From contig CALRBT010000002.1 in NCBI GenBank assembly GCA_943354475.1, positions 16,361 through 80,360 of the forward strand: a DNA stretch of 64,000 nt. The letters run 5' to 3'. This DNA comes from Parcubacteria group bacterium. Its GTDB lineage: Bacteria; Patescibacteriota; Minisyncoccia; Phycocordibacterales; CALRBT01. The notes beneath the pieces are model-generated. The model was not told the DNA's origin. It made no database searches and was given only the letters and a program-made list of their open reading frames with translations. The first letter of the stretch is position 1; the number at the start of each line of letters is the position of its first letter. A program made the position numbers and the translations under genes. This document shows positions 1 to 9,463 of this stretch, one piece after another.

Positions 1-300
1 ATCCATATCATCATGAATCAAAATCACTTGTTCTGGCTTAAATACCCCCCCACCAGCTTTGGATAAAGACCTTATGGCCAAACCAGACTGATTCATAAAC
101 ATTTCTGGGATAATTAATGTCGCCGAGTTTTTATCGATTTTGATTTTAGCAACTTTTGCCTTTAATTTTTTATCTTCTTTCCAATCAGAATCTTCATGTG
201 CCTTTGCAAAGTGTAAAAGCACCTCCTTACCAATATTATGACGAGTGTTATCGTACTCCTCTCCTTTGTTTCCTAAACCTATAATGAGAAAATTTGCCAT
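1..300 (-). CDS. pth: peptidyl-tRNA hydrolase, N-terminal ~100 aa (gene continues past window start)
   Basis: Minus-strand translation from ATG at 298-300 gives MANFLIIGLGNKGEEYDNTRHNIGKEV..., the Pth GLGNPG/TRHN signature; ORF is truncated by the window edge and not in the ORF track. Confidence 0.8.
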   Translation of the reverse strand, partial: MANFLIIGLGNKGEEYDNTRHNIGKEVLLHFAKAHEDSDWKEDKKLKAKVAKIKIDKNSATLIIPEMFMNQSGLAIRSLSKAGGGVFKPEQVILIHDDMD

Positions 301-388
301 AAAAATATTTACTGTCTCTTTCAGAATTAATTATTTTAATCATAACAAACTTTTTACAAAATTTTACGTCACACCACGCAAAAATCTA

Positions 389-417
389 TTGTGTCAAACG
401 ACACAAGGTATTACAAT
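389..417 (+). promoter_or_regulatory. perfect 7-bp inverted repeat TTGTGTC-N4-GACACAA (389-406) overlapping a putative -10 TACAAT (412-417) about 20 nt upstream of the lepB ATG; also inside the pth/lepB divergent region
   Basis: palindrome and -10-like hexamer read directly from the sequence. Confidence 0.3.
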
Positions 418-437
418 TCACTCTAACTTCTTCTCTC

Positions 438-1055
438 ATGGAACTTTTTCAAGAAAAAAATCCTACTTCGGCGCACATCAAACCTGAACAGACAACAGTA
501 CAATTTATCAAAGAATTATTTTTCTTTGCATTCCTGGCTTTCCTTATTGTGATTCCAATTCGGATGTTCATAGCGAAACCTTTTCTCGTTGACGGACCAT
601 CAATGAATCCAACATTTGCAACAAGTCAGTACCTAATTGTTGATGAACTCTCATACCAATTCCAAAGCCCTGTTCGTGGTGAAGTCGTTGTCTTCAAATA
701 TCCCAAAGACAAAAAGAAGTCTTTCATTAAACGAATCATCGGACTCCCTGGAGAAACCATAATTATCCAACCTGATAAATTTGTCATTATAAACGCACTT
801 CATCCAGAAGGATTTAGTATTGTCGAACCCTACATCACCGGTCCGGTTACTTATCGAGAGAGTGCTATCACCACCCTTGGAGACGACGAATATTTTGTTA
901 TGGGAGATAATCGAGACCAGAGCTTTGACTCGAGATCATGGGGTCCAGTTAAGGAAAGTCTAATTGTCGGTAGACCCATTTTACGACTCTTCCCTTTCGA
1001 CAAGATTGGTTTATTTCCAGGAAGGTCTGAAAATCAAGTTGAGGTTGGCACATAA
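438..1055 (+). CDS. lepB: signal peptidase I (S26 family)
   Basis: N-terminal TM helix, GPSMNPTF catalytic Ser box, GDNRDQSFDSR box. Confidence 0.9.
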   Translation: MELFQEKNPTSAHIKPEQTTVQFIKELFFFAFLAFLIVIPIRMFIAKPFLVDGPSMNPTFATSQYLIVDELSYQFQSPVRGEVVVFKYPKDKKKSFIKRIIGLPGETIIIQPDKFVIINALHPEGFSIVEPYITGPVTYRESAITTLGDDEYFVMGDNRDQSFDSRSWGPVKESLIVGRPILRLFPFDKIGLFPGRSENQVEVGT

Positions 1056-1140
1056 CAAGTTGACCTGAGGGTATACACAGAGGAATCATCGCAAACAACA
1101 TTACTAAACATCATCATATTTTTAAAAAACAATTCCAAAT

Positions 1141-2442
1141 ATGACAAAAGTAATGACCCAACCAAAAACACCATCAAAAATTTTCTCTGAAGAGCAATTC
1201 TTGAAAAAATCAAGTGAAGTGGCACTTTATTATGGCTTTAGACCATTCCAAAACTGGCAAGAAGAGGCGCAGGAGAAGTTAAAAAATATTGAAGATAAGC
1301 ATCGTAGAAAAGAAGTTAAAGAACGGGGACAATTCAATTTTAACGACTGCGAGGAGAAAAAAGAGGACGCTTTCCAGACAGAGAAACTCAAAATATTAGA
1401 TCACTACGTCAAACACGCCTCTCTTCTTTCTTCACCAGCACTCTGTTTTTGGCATGGACGCATCAGCCATTCCAAAATTGCTGAGGGGACTCCTCTCTCC
1501 GTTTTTTCACTTGAAGCAATCGCTGGAAGCAAAAGTACCACCGAGGCGCTTCTTATACGGACCGCTAAAGCCATTCTCGATGAGCTACATTTTAAGAACC
1601 TTGGCATCCACATCAATTCGCTCGGCGACCGAGAGTCATTTGGACGTTTTGAACGTGAACTTGGTAATTTTTACAAAAAGAACAGTACTTCTCTGACAAC
1701 ACACTGTCGTAGCAACTTAAAAAAGGATCTTTTTAAAGTCCATAGTTGTACCGAAGAAAAATGCCTTAAGGAAATGAACGGTCTTCGTGAACGCGCCCCA
1801 AAGCCGATTAGTTTTCTCAATGGAAGTAGTAGAACACACTTTGGCGAAATCCTTGAGTTTCTCGAGACGATGGATATTCCTTACCAAATCAAACATTCCC
1901 TCCTTTCTGATAGCACTATGCGACTTAAAACTATTTTTGAGATTCACAGTGAAATGGCGACAGATGATGAAAGTAATGGAGATGGAGGAACCACTAAACC
2001 AAAATCCGTTCGATTAGCAATCGGAGGAAGGTATGATGCGCTCTCTCGAAAACTAGGACTCCGCAAAGAAATACCTGCTGTTGGCATTTCCATCTTCTGT
2101 CCAACAAGTCATGAAAAGAAACTGTCAATAACTATCAAGACCAAACAACCTCAGGTTTACTTTATTCAACTCGGCTTTGATGCTAAAAGGCGTAGTCTTG
2201 AGGTTATTGAGCTTCTCCGTCATGCCCGTATCCCACTCCATCAGAACGTTATTAAAGATAAACTAACTGTCCAACTCAGCCAAGCAGAGAAAATGAATGT
2301 TCCCTACATTTTGATCATGGGACAGAAAGAGGCGATTGAAGGAAGCTGTATTGTCCGCAACATGAATACGAGATCGCAAGAGACGGTGAATATCTCACTC
2401 CTACCGACATACCTTAAACACTTAGAAGAAGAGTTGGTTTAG
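1141..2442 (+). CDS. hisS: histidyl-tRNA synthetase-like protein (divergent; class II core with GGRYD motif and HisRS-type anticodon-binding C-terminus)
   Basis: LAIGGRYDAL (HisRS motif-3 region), C-terminal PYILIMGQKE...anticodon-binding-like domain; motif 1/2 regions are Lys/Glu-rich and poorly conserved. Confidence 0.6.
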   Translation: MTKVMTQPKTPSKIFSEEQFLKKSSEVALYYGFRPFQNWQEEAQEKLKNIEDKHRRKEVKERGQFNFNDCEEKKEDAFQTEKLKILDHYVKHASLLSSPALCFWHGRISHSKIAEGTPLSVFSLEAIAGSKSTTEALLIRTAKAILDELHFKNLGIHINSLGDRESFGRFERELGNFYKKNSTSLTTHCRSNLKKDLFKVHSCTEEKCLKEMNGLRERAPKPISFLNGSSRTHFGEILEFLETMDIPYQIKHSLLSDSTMRLKTIFEIHSEMATDDESNGDGGTTKPKSVRLAIGGRYDALSRKLGLRKEIPAVGISIFCPTSHEKKLSITIKTKQPQVYFIQLGFDAKRRSLEVIELLRHARIPLHQNVIKDKLTVQLSQAEKMNVPYILIMGQKEAIEGSCIVRNMNTRSQETVNISLLPTYLKHLEEELV

Positions 2443-2509
2443 ACCTAGCGTAGAAAAATTTGACTAAATAGGGCTATCCTTGTAGGATTTCGTCGGAACT
2501 AGAATCCGG

Positions 2510-3271
2510 TTGAAGAAAGGGTACTCTGTCATGACTCGCAAAACTTCGATGATAGTGTTCGCACTATTATTTGTGACCGCTCTTGGAATATCTGAAGCTC
2601 ACTCCGATTGCAAGACAATCGGCTACAGCGCAATTCAGACTGGCTATATTTATCAAGATTTCGGTGTCTGGGGGAATCGTAAACCAGTTCTACAGAGAGG
2701 CGCAACCGTGACCTGTGGAGGGCTCTCCCTCGATTTATGGACCTCAGCAGGTCTCACCGGGAACGGTAAGTTTGGTCGTCGTGGCGGAGAAGACGAAGGT
2801 GATCTGACCCTATTTTACAACAATAAGGTCGGGACCCCCCTGGGCGACTTCCGCTATGAGATTGGAGGAGCTTACTATGCCCTTGGGTACGGGGGCGGAT
2901 TGACTTCAACCCGCGATGACGTCGCTAACTTCTACGCACAGGTTGGCAGACCGTTCGAAATTCAAACCAACCTTGGAGCAATATCATTAACTCCGTTTGT
3001 CAGACCATCCCTGTACCGCCACATGAGTGGACCGCGTAATGACATGGTCATCCGTTCAGGGATCGAGTTTTCCATACCCCTTTCTCCATGGCTCAATTTT
3101 GAAGGAGATGTATCTATAGCGAATCTTGTGACGGGGAAACGTCAGACAGTGTTTCGCCCATCAGCTAGATTGGTGGCGAACGTCGGAGACGGATGGTCCG
3201 CAAATGTCGGGGTTAAGGGGACCGACAGAACAGGTAATGTTTTCTTGCTAGGGCTAGCCAAACATTTCTAA
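2510..3271 (+). CDS. secreted Gly-rich protein with C-terminal Phe (possible beta-barrel/outer-membrane-like); GC-richer than its surroundings
   Basis: signal peptide MKKGYSVMTRKTSMIVFALLFVTALGISEA, alternating amphipathic stretches, terminal ...LGLAKHF; local GC visibly higher than flanking genes. Confidence 0.5.
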   Translation: MKKGYSVMTRKTSMIVFALLFVTALGISEAHSDCKTIGYSAIQTGYIYQDFGVWGNRKPVLQRGATVTCGGLSLDLWTSAGLTGNGKFGRRGGEDEGDLTLFYNNKVGTPLGDFRYEIGGAYYALGYGGGLTSTRDDVANFYAQVGRPFEIQTNLGAISLTPFVRPSLYRHMSGPRNDMVIRSGIEFSIPLSPWLNFEGDVSIANLVTGKRQTVFRPSARLVANVGDGWSANVGVKGTDRTGNVFLLGLAKHF

Positions 3272-3291
3272 AGGCAGGCTCAGGAGATATG

Positions 3292-3326
3292 CCCGGCGCA
3301 CAACGTGCGCCGGGTACTATTGTTTT
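3292..3326 (+). terminator. rho-independent terminator (CCCGGCGCAC-AACG-TGCGCCGGG then T-rich tract)
   Basis: GC hairpin followed by tactattgtttt immediately after the 2510-3271 CDS. Confidence 0.55.
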
Positions 3327-3398
3327 ATGTATTACAGAGATTAACCTTGAGATTGAGACTTGCCCTGAAAACTCATATATGGTAAAGTCTTAGCCACT

Positions 3399-3641
3399 AT
3401 GGCAACAAATGTAGAAGTAGAAAAGAACGCAAATGAGAACAATCTCGGGGTTTTGAGGCGCTTCACCAAGCGTGTTCAAGGGGCGGGTATCCTTCCTCGC
3501 GTACGATCACTAAGGTACGAGCAACGAGATCCTACCAAATACGGTAAGAAAAAAAGTGCTCTCAAACGACTCTCAAAAAAAGAGGCAATTCTCGAACAAA
3601 TCAAATTAGGTAAAGTAGTCGAAAAACCTGCACGTCGCTAA
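3399..3641 (+). CDS. rpsU: 30S ribosomal protein S21
   Basis: VLRRFTKRVQGAGIL...KKKSALKRLSKK pattern matches bS21 (ALRRFKR..AGvl..R..yEKP..rKr). Confidence 0.8.
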   Translation: MATNVEVEKNANENNLGVLRRFTKRVQGAGILPRVRSLRYEQRDPTKYGKKKSALKRLSKKEAILEQIKLGKVVEKPARR

Positions 3642-3650
3642 TTTTAAACA

Positions 3651-4043
3651 ATGCGAGATACAGATCACTTCTCAATCTCAAATACCACAAAAGGCAAGCT
3701 TCCACGCTTGCCTTTTGTCATGATGAAAGAAAAAGTATTGGGTAAAAACTATGAACTCAGTCTTGTGTTTGTCTCTCCCGCAAAGGCAAAGAAACTCAAC
3801 CTTGAGTATCGCAAAAAAACGTACGTACCAAATATTTTAAGCTTTCCACTTAATGATTCCAGTGGAGAAATTTTTATTTGTCTCGACGTTGCTAAAAAAG
3901 AAGCTCCTCTCTACGACTTAAATTTTGAAAAATTCGTTGGATATCTCTTTATTCATGGGTTATTCCATTTGAATGGAATGGAACATGGTAGTACAATGGA
4001 AAAATCAGAAAAAAAATTACGAACGTTATTTGATATTAAATAA
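3651..4043 (+). CDS. ybeY: rRNA maturation endoribonuclease YbeY (alternative start possible at MMKEK, about 3720)
   Basis: HGLFHLNGMEH zinc-binding motif (HGxLHLxGxDH), LSFPL box. Confidence 0.85.
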   Translation: MRDTDHFSISNTTKGKLPRLPFVMMKEKVLGKNYELSLVFVSPAKAKKLNLEYRKKTYVPNILSFPLNDSSGEIFICLDVAKKEAPLYDLNFEKFVGYLFIHGLFHLNGMEHGSTMEKSEKKLRTLFDIK

Positions 4044-4101
4044 AAATTTATTTTATTTAATAATCAGACGTTTCTAATTATCTCTCTGATTCTTTTTTAT
4101 A

Positions 4102-5280
4102 ATGGCAAGAAAAATTGCAGTTGGTATTGATATCGGAACCTACCAGGTCAAAGTGGTGGTTGCTGAATACGTGCACCAGAACGACCAGACCTATCCGCAA
4201 ATTATTGCAACCGGTCTATCTGAATCAAAAGGGCTCCGTCATGGCTATATCATCAACGAGCGCGATATCATCATTAGCATCCAGCAAGCAGTAAGTGAGG
4301 CTGAGAAAATCTCTGGCATCCCTATCCGCAAAGCATACCTGGCTATCGGAGGTATTGGACTTGAGAGCACTGTTGCTTCTGGAAGTACGGTCATCTCAAG
4401 GGCAGATTATGAAATCACCGAACTTGATGTTGAGAAAGCCTTCGACGAAAGCCAAGCAAAAATTCCTCAATCTTCAATCCTCAATCGAAAAGTACTTCAC
4501 CGTATCCCAATCCAGTATAAAGTTGACGGTAAAACAGTTCTCGGTCGCCCTGCCGGAATGAAGGGAATTAAACTCGAAGTAAAAACACTCTTTGTTACTT
4601 GTCTTGAGCAACATCTAAATGACTTAATCCAGGCCGTTGAAAATGCTGGTATAGAAGTCCTCAGTGAAATCGCCTCACCAATAGCAGCGAGTCTCGTAAC
4701 TCTTTCAAAAACACAGAAAAAAGCTGGTTGTGTCTTAGCCAACGTTGGTGCTGAAACCGTCTCGATTATTGTCTATGAAAACAATACCCCAATTTCTCTT
4801 GAAGTCTTCCCTATTGGCTCGACCGATATCACTCATGATATTGCTCTAGGACTGAAAATCTCCATCGAAGATGCGGAGGAGCTAAAGCTCGGTGCTATTA
4901 CCCCATCTAGTTTCCCAAAAAAGAAACTCGAAGAAATTGTGACCGCCCGTCTTTCAGATATATTTGAACTTATTGAAGCACATCTAAAGAAGATTGGACG
5001 AGATGGTCTCTTACCCGCAGGTATCATCATCACTGGTGGTGGATCAGGAATCGCAACGATTGATGAACTCGCGCGATCTGTATTACGACTCCCTTCAAAA
5101 ATTGCAGGGCTTGAGAGTTTCGACTTTAGACAAACCAAAGTAAGGGATGCGACCTGGGCAGTTGCCTACGGACTTTGCATCATGAGCTTTACCGATAATC
5201 AAACTCAGGGTGGTGGTAGAAATCCAATTGCTGAATTTATAAAAATGATTATCAAGTGGGTCAAGCAATTTTTGCCATAA
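4102..5280 (+). CDS. ftsA: cell division protein FtsA (actin-like ATPase)
   Basis: IAVGIDIGTYQVKVVVAE N-terminal phosphate-1 motif, IITGGGSGIA, located directly upstream of ftsZ. Confidence 0.85.
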   Translation: MARKIAVGIDIGTYQVKVVVAEYVHQNDQTYPQIIATGLSESKGLRHGYIINERDIIISIQQAVSEAEKISGIPIRKAYLAIGGIGLESTVASGSTVISRADYEITELDVEKAFDESQAKIPQSSILNRKVLHRIPIQYKVDGKTVLGRPAGMKGIKLEVKTLFVTCLEQHLNDLIQAVENAGIEVLSEIASPIAASLVTLSKTQKKAGCVLANVGAETVSIIVYENNTPISLEVFPIGSTDITHDIALGLKISIEDAEELKLGAITPSSFPKKKLEEIVTARLSDIFELIEAHLKKIGRDGLLPAGIIITGGGSGIATIDELARSVLRLPSKIAGLESFDFRQTKVRDATWAVAYGLCIMSFTDNQTQGGGRNPIAEFIKMIIKWVKQFLP

Positions 5281-5423
5281 AATTTATTATTTTATAATGA
5301 ATTTATCGAGAAAAGTGCATTCGATAGGCAAATTCTGCAGAATGAAACTTTGACCCTGTCAAAGTTCCTTTGTTTTTCAAACTAGTATATTATTGGTCGT
5401 AAGGAAAACCCATAGACACCAAG

Positions 5424-6731
5424 ATGTCAAAGAAGAAACCGTTAAGCCATAATCCTCAAAATCCTATGCCCAAAATCAACCCTGATGTAGAAGCTTTCGC
5501 ACGTATCACTGTCGCAGGTGTTGGTGGTTCTGGGCGCAACGCCATTAACCATATGGTTGATTCTAAGGTAAAAGGCGTTGAATTCATGGTGCTTAACACT
5601 GACGCTCAAGACCTACACAACTCTCTAGCTAAGAAGAAAATCCATATCGGTAAGAACCTTACTCGTGGCCTCGGTACTGGAATGAACCCTGATCTTGGTA
5701 AACGAGCAGCCGAAGAAACAAAAGAAGAGATTCAAGAGGCACTCAAAGGATCTGATATGGTCTTCATTGCAGCAGGAATGGGCGGAGGGACTGGTACTGG
5801 TGCGGCACCGGTAGTTGCACGTACCGCCAAAGAACTTGGAGCCTTGACCATTGGTGTTGTTACCAAGCCGTTCTTCTTCGAAGGACCTCAGCGAATGAAG
5901 TTGGCCGAAGCAGGACTCGAAGAACTCCGCAAAGAAGTTGATGCCCTTATCGTCATTCCAAATGATAGACTCTTGGCGACCGTCGCCAAAGAAACAACGA
6001 TGAAGAATGCATTCGCGATGTGTGACGAGATCCTTCGCCAAGCAGTCGAGGGTATTTCAGACTTAGTCACCACTCCTGGAATCATCAATGTCGACTTTGC
6101 AGACATCAGGTCAGTCATGCAAAACGCTGGTTCAGCCCTCATGGGGGTTGGAACAGCGGGTGGTGAACATCGAGCCGAGGAAGCCGCTCGTGCCGCCATC
6201 AACTCTCCCCTCCTTGAACTTTCAATTACTGGTGCCAAAGGTGTACTCTTTGCAATTGCAGGAGGAGACGACCTAACAATGCTTGAAATTCAAGATGCTG
6301 CTAAAATCATTACCGAGTCAATTGACCCTGATGCTAAAGTAATCTTTGGAGCAATTAAAGATGATAAGGTTAAGAAAAATGAGGTTAAAGTCACCGTTAT
6401 TGCAACAGGCTTTCCAGAGTTCCCTTCACGAAAACTTTTCCAAGCTGAGTTAGATCGCCCAAGGCCTGCGATAGTAGCACCTACCCCATCTCGTGGAATC
6501 TTTAGTGATCGAACTGAACGTCCAGAGCGACCAACTGAACGTCCAGTTGAAGTAAAGGAAAATAGAATTTACAACACCTTCACTCCTGATATTACCCCCA
6601 CACCCCCAGTAGCTAATAAACCAGAACCAGTAAAGGAGATTCGAGAAACGATTCCTGAACCAAAAAAATCAATTGATGAAGATGATGATTGGCGCGCAGT
6701 ACCCGCATTTCTTCGCAGAACGAAGAAATAG
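5424..6731 (+). CDS. ftsZ: cell division GTPase FtsZ
   Basis: GGGTGTGAAPVVA tubulin signature, NTDAQDL, C-terminal conserved peptide DDDWRAVPAFLRR. Confidence 0.95.
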   Translation: MSKKKPLSHNPQNPMPKINPDVEAFARITVAGVGGSGRNAINHMVDSKVKGVEFMVLNTDAQDLHNSLAKKKIHIGKNLTRGLGTGMNPDLGKRAAEETKEEIQEALKGSDMVFIAAGMGGGTGTGAAPVVARTAKELGALTIGVVTKPFFFEGPQRMKLAEAGLEELRKEVDALIVIPNDRLLATVAKETTMKNAFAMCDEILRQAVEGISDLVTTPGIINVDFADIRSVMQNAGSALMGVGTAGGEHRAEEAARAAINSPLLELSITGAKGVLFAIAGGDDLTMLEIQDAAKIITESIDPDAKVIFGAIKDDKVKKNEVKVTVIATGFPEFPSRKLFQAELDRPRPAIVAPTPSRGIFSDRTERPERPTERPVEVKENRIYNTFTPDITPTPPVANKPEPVKEIRETIPEPKKSIDEDDDWRAVPAFLRRTKK

Positions 6732-6751
6732 TAACCAGAGGTATTAGATTA

Positions 6752-6792
6752 CACCAAAGCCTCAATAACTTTTAGTTATTGAGGCTTTGGTG
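6752..6792 (+). terminator. 19-bp perfect hairpin after ftsZ (CACCAAAGCCTCAATAACT-TTT-AGTTATTGAGGCTTTGGTG)
   Basis: read directly from the sequence; weak T-tract afterwards. Confidence 0.5.
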
Positions 6793-6810
6793 TTACAATT
6801 CCCTTTGTGT

Positions 6811-6875
6811 TTCCCTATCACCTAAGGGAATAGAGTGAACACTTAAGGGAACACTTATACTCTTGAGTATATGTC
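6811..6875. repeat. intergenic palindromic motif family 2 copy (GAACACTTA...GAACACTTATACTCTTGAGTATA)
   Basis: shares the GAACACTTAT(C/A)C-CTTGAG-(G/T)ATA core with 23559-23605 and 60481-60629. Confidence 0.5.
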
Positions 6876-6914
6876 GCGAAGTAAGACTATAATCTAACCC
6901 CTATACCCTAATTT

Positions 6915-7838
6915 ATGCTTTACGATTTAGCTATCATCGGTGGAGGACCTGCGGGCGTAGCAGCAGGCGTTTACGCTTCGCGTAAACGCCTCAAAACTAT
7001 TTTTATTACTGACGTTTTCGGCGGTCAGAGCACCGTATCAGACGACATCCAAAACTGGATTGGAACACCGTCAATTAGTGGCGTTAAGCTTGCTGAGGAT
7101 CTCGAAAAACACTTGCGCGCCTACGCCAGTGATATTGTCGATATTCATACTGGTGAAAAAGTGACCTTGATTGAGAAGGTCGGCGAAAACTTCAAAGTAA
7201 CCACCCCCAAAGGATCATATGAGGCTCGTGCTGTACTCGCCTGTGCTGGAAGTTTCCGCCGTAAACTGACAATCCCTGGTGCTGAGCAATTTGAGCACAA
7301 AGGTATCACCTACTGTGCTTCTTGTGACGGACCAATGTTTGGAGATCAAGACGTGATTGTCATAGGTGGAGGAAATGCTGGGTTTGAGAGCGCGGCTCAA
7401 CTCCTGGCCTATTGTAAGAGTGTTACCTTGATACAGCGAAGCAAGGAATTTAGGGCTGATCCAGTGACCGTAGCTAAAGTCCTAGAAAACCCAAAAATGA
7501 AAGCAGTTACCGACACTGAGCTCGTTGAGATTAAAGGAGAACAGTTTGCAAAGTCATTGGTATACAAAAACAACGCAACTGGAGAACTTGTAGAACTTCC
7601 AGCAACTGGAATTTTTGTTGAGATTGGGTTATTGCCAACCACTGACTTCCTCAAGGGTTTGGTTGATTTAAATGAAAATAATCACATCGTGATTGACCCC
7701 AGAACCCAACGAACCTCTGTAGATGGAATCTGGGCCGCAGGGGATGCTACTGACGTTCTCTATCATCAGAATAATATTGCTGCCGGAGATGCTGTACGGG
7801 CACTGGAAGATATTTACATCTATCTACATAGGAAATAA
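6915..7838 (+). CDS. trxB: thioredoxin-disulfide reductase
   Basis: IIGGGPAG FAD motif, CASCDG redox-active CxxC, VIGGGNAG NADPH motif. Confidence 0.9.
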   Translation: MLYDLAIIGGGPAGVAAGVYASRKRLKTIFITDVFGGQSTVSDDIQNWIGTPSISGVKLAEDLEKHLRAYASDIVDIHTGEKVTLIEKVGENFKVTTPKGSYEARAVLACAGSFRRKLTIPGAEQFEHKGITYCASCDGPMFGDQDVIVIGGGNAGFESAAQLLAYCKSVTLIQRSKEFRADPVTVAKVLENPKMKAVTDTELVEIKGEQFAKSLVYKNNATGELVELPATGIFVEIGLLPTTDFLKGLVDLNENNHIVIDPRTQRTSVDGIWAAGDATDVLYHQNNIAAGDAVRALEDIYIYLHRK

Positions 7839-7866
7839 CTAGCATCCTAGCATCACTGAAACAACC

Positions 7867-7890
7867 AAGGCCGGACAAATGTCCGGCCTT
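7867..7890. terminator. hairpin AAGGCCGGAC-AAAT-GTCCGGCCTT between convergent trxB and the minus-strand ORF
   Basis: perfect 10-bp stem. Confidence 0.5.
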
Positions 7891-7898
7891 CCCACAAA

Positions 7899-8153
7899 TC
7901 ATTTGCTTCCAGTAGTGCTGACTAACCTAGAAATGATCAGCAGTACAGCCATTTCCGCACAAGGGTCATCCGAGTGCAGAGCTCCCCGAAGGTTGATAGC
8001 AACCTCCTTAAGGTACATTCTAATCATTTCTTCGACTCTAGTTTTTAGGTCTGGAGATAAATTATCCAGAAGTCCCGCAGCTAGGTCGGACATTGTCCAC
8101 TCTACCTTCTCAAAACCGACCATTCTGTCTCGGTCATTAGTCCCAACAGTCAC
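7899..8153 (-). CDS. hypothetical small protein (84 aa) downstream of the ATP-grasp gene
   Basis: ORF 36 bp downstream of 8189-9415 on the same strand; no recognisable motif. Confidence 0.3.
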   Translation of the reverse strand: MTVGTNDRDRMVGFEKVEWTMSDLAAGLLDNLSPDLKTRVEEMIRMYLKEVAINLRGALHSDDPCAEMAVLLIISRLVSTTGSK

Positions 8154-8188
8154 CTATTTTCCCCTTGTTCAAAGCCACCGACACTCTA

Positions 8189-9415
8189 CTACGCCAACCG
8201 TTTGATAACAAGGTCAACCAAAGCCTTGGAGATATTTTGTGGTTTTCCGTACGTTGGAAAGTGGTGCATATCGATATACGGCAAGCTGTTAAGCTCGATG
8301 ACTGCACACATCTGATTCTTCCATGATTTGGAGATATCGGTAGCAAGAAAGTCAATTCCCACGATATCACTCTCAAAAATACTTGCCACATATTTAAACA
8401 GTTCAAGATTATCTGGATGGACCTCATCGGTCACTTCATAGAGGTCAGCCCCAAGATCAAGGATAACTTTTTCTTGTAGGAATACCACTTCATTTTTTTT
8501 GGGGATTGACTGCATCGAGAGACCTTTAGATTTGAGCAGTTTATCAGTCGTGCTGTTCACGATGATACGATACAGTGTCGTATCTTTTGCCTTTGGAAGA
8601 CCTCGCGCTGGGTCTTGGTTTTTTTCCTTGACCAAGACTTCGATGTTTCTCGTTCCATCGCCTACCACATGAGCTGGAATTCTCTCTACTGTAAAGACTT
8701 TTTCTTTACCAATGACGCTGGCTCGATACACCCGCATATCCGATAAATATCGCTCCACAATAAATGCGGGCGAATATACTAAAGCAGTCTCAATTGCACG
8801 CTTTAATCCAGATTCGTCAGTAATATTGGTCGTAATATGCTGACTCATTGAACCATTACGAGGCTTTACCATAAGTGGAAATCCCAGCCCTAGACCATAA
8901 GCTATCGCCTTATTCTTTTGAAGTGACTTTAAAGGCCAAAATGCCCAAAATGCCTTACCTTCCGCGACTCTCACCCCTGCTTCTTTGAGAACCTTCTTTA
9001 CTTCAATTTTATCATCAGCTTTGGCTGACCTACTACTTACTGGCGCACTAAAAGGTAAGCCTTCAAAAATCATAGAGGTATTCCCCACCTTCATTCTAAA
9101 TTGATTAAGATAGCCGTATGGACCCTTGAGCACCTCAAAAGAAAATCCACGCTTTACCCCCTCATCGATGAATACTGTCGTGCGTAGCGACACCTCACTA
9201 TTCTCATATTGCTTGACGTACCGAACGACTCCAAGAAGAGTCAGGATTTTGATGAATAACTTTTCACCAATATTTTGAATCCAAGGGATTGCTGGCAGTT
9301 TTGATTGAAAACCAAGTGAAAGAAAGGTATCGATATAGTTTTGAGTATGGTTCACTGGAAGTGGTCCGCATTGATCACAAATCATTGGATCAAAAATTTC
9401 ATTTAGTTTCTTCAT
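8189..9415 (-). CDS. ATP-grasp domain protein (RimK/cyanophycin-synthetase-like ligase domain)
   Basis: LGFPLMVKPRNGSMSQHITT (ATP-grasp B-loop like D-Ala-D-Ala ligase/RimK), VIELNSLPYIDMH C-terminal Mg-binding region. Confidence 0.6.
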   Translation of the reverse strand: MKKLNEIFDPMICDQCGPLPVNHTQNYIDTFLSLGFQSKLPAIPWIQNIGEKLFIKILTLLGVVRYVKQYENSEVSLRTTVFIDEGVKRGFSFEVLKGPYGYLNQFRMKVGNTSMIFEGLPFSAPVSSRSAKADDKIEVKKVLKEAGVRVAEGKAFWAFWPLKSLQKNKAIAYGLGLGFPLMVKPRNGSMSQHITTNITDESGLKRAIETALVYSPAFIVERYLSDMRVYRASVIGKEKVFTVERIPAHVVGDGTRNIEVLVKEKNQDPARGLPKAKDTTLYRIIVNSTTDKLLKSKGLSMQSIPKKNEVVFLQEKVILDLGADLYEVTDEVHPDNLELFKYVASIFESDIVGIDFLATDISKSWKNQMCAVIELNSLPYIDMHHFPTYGKPQNISKALVDLVIKRLA

Positions 9416-9463
9416 GATCCGAGATAGGAATTAAGTTGGGTGTGGTCGGGATGAATGCTTTGA

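Noticed and set aside
245-487. 80-aa plus-strand ORF at the window start
   Set aside because: It overlaps the pth start on the opposite strand and the pth/lepB promoter region. It is AT-rich and low-complexity, so it is spurious.
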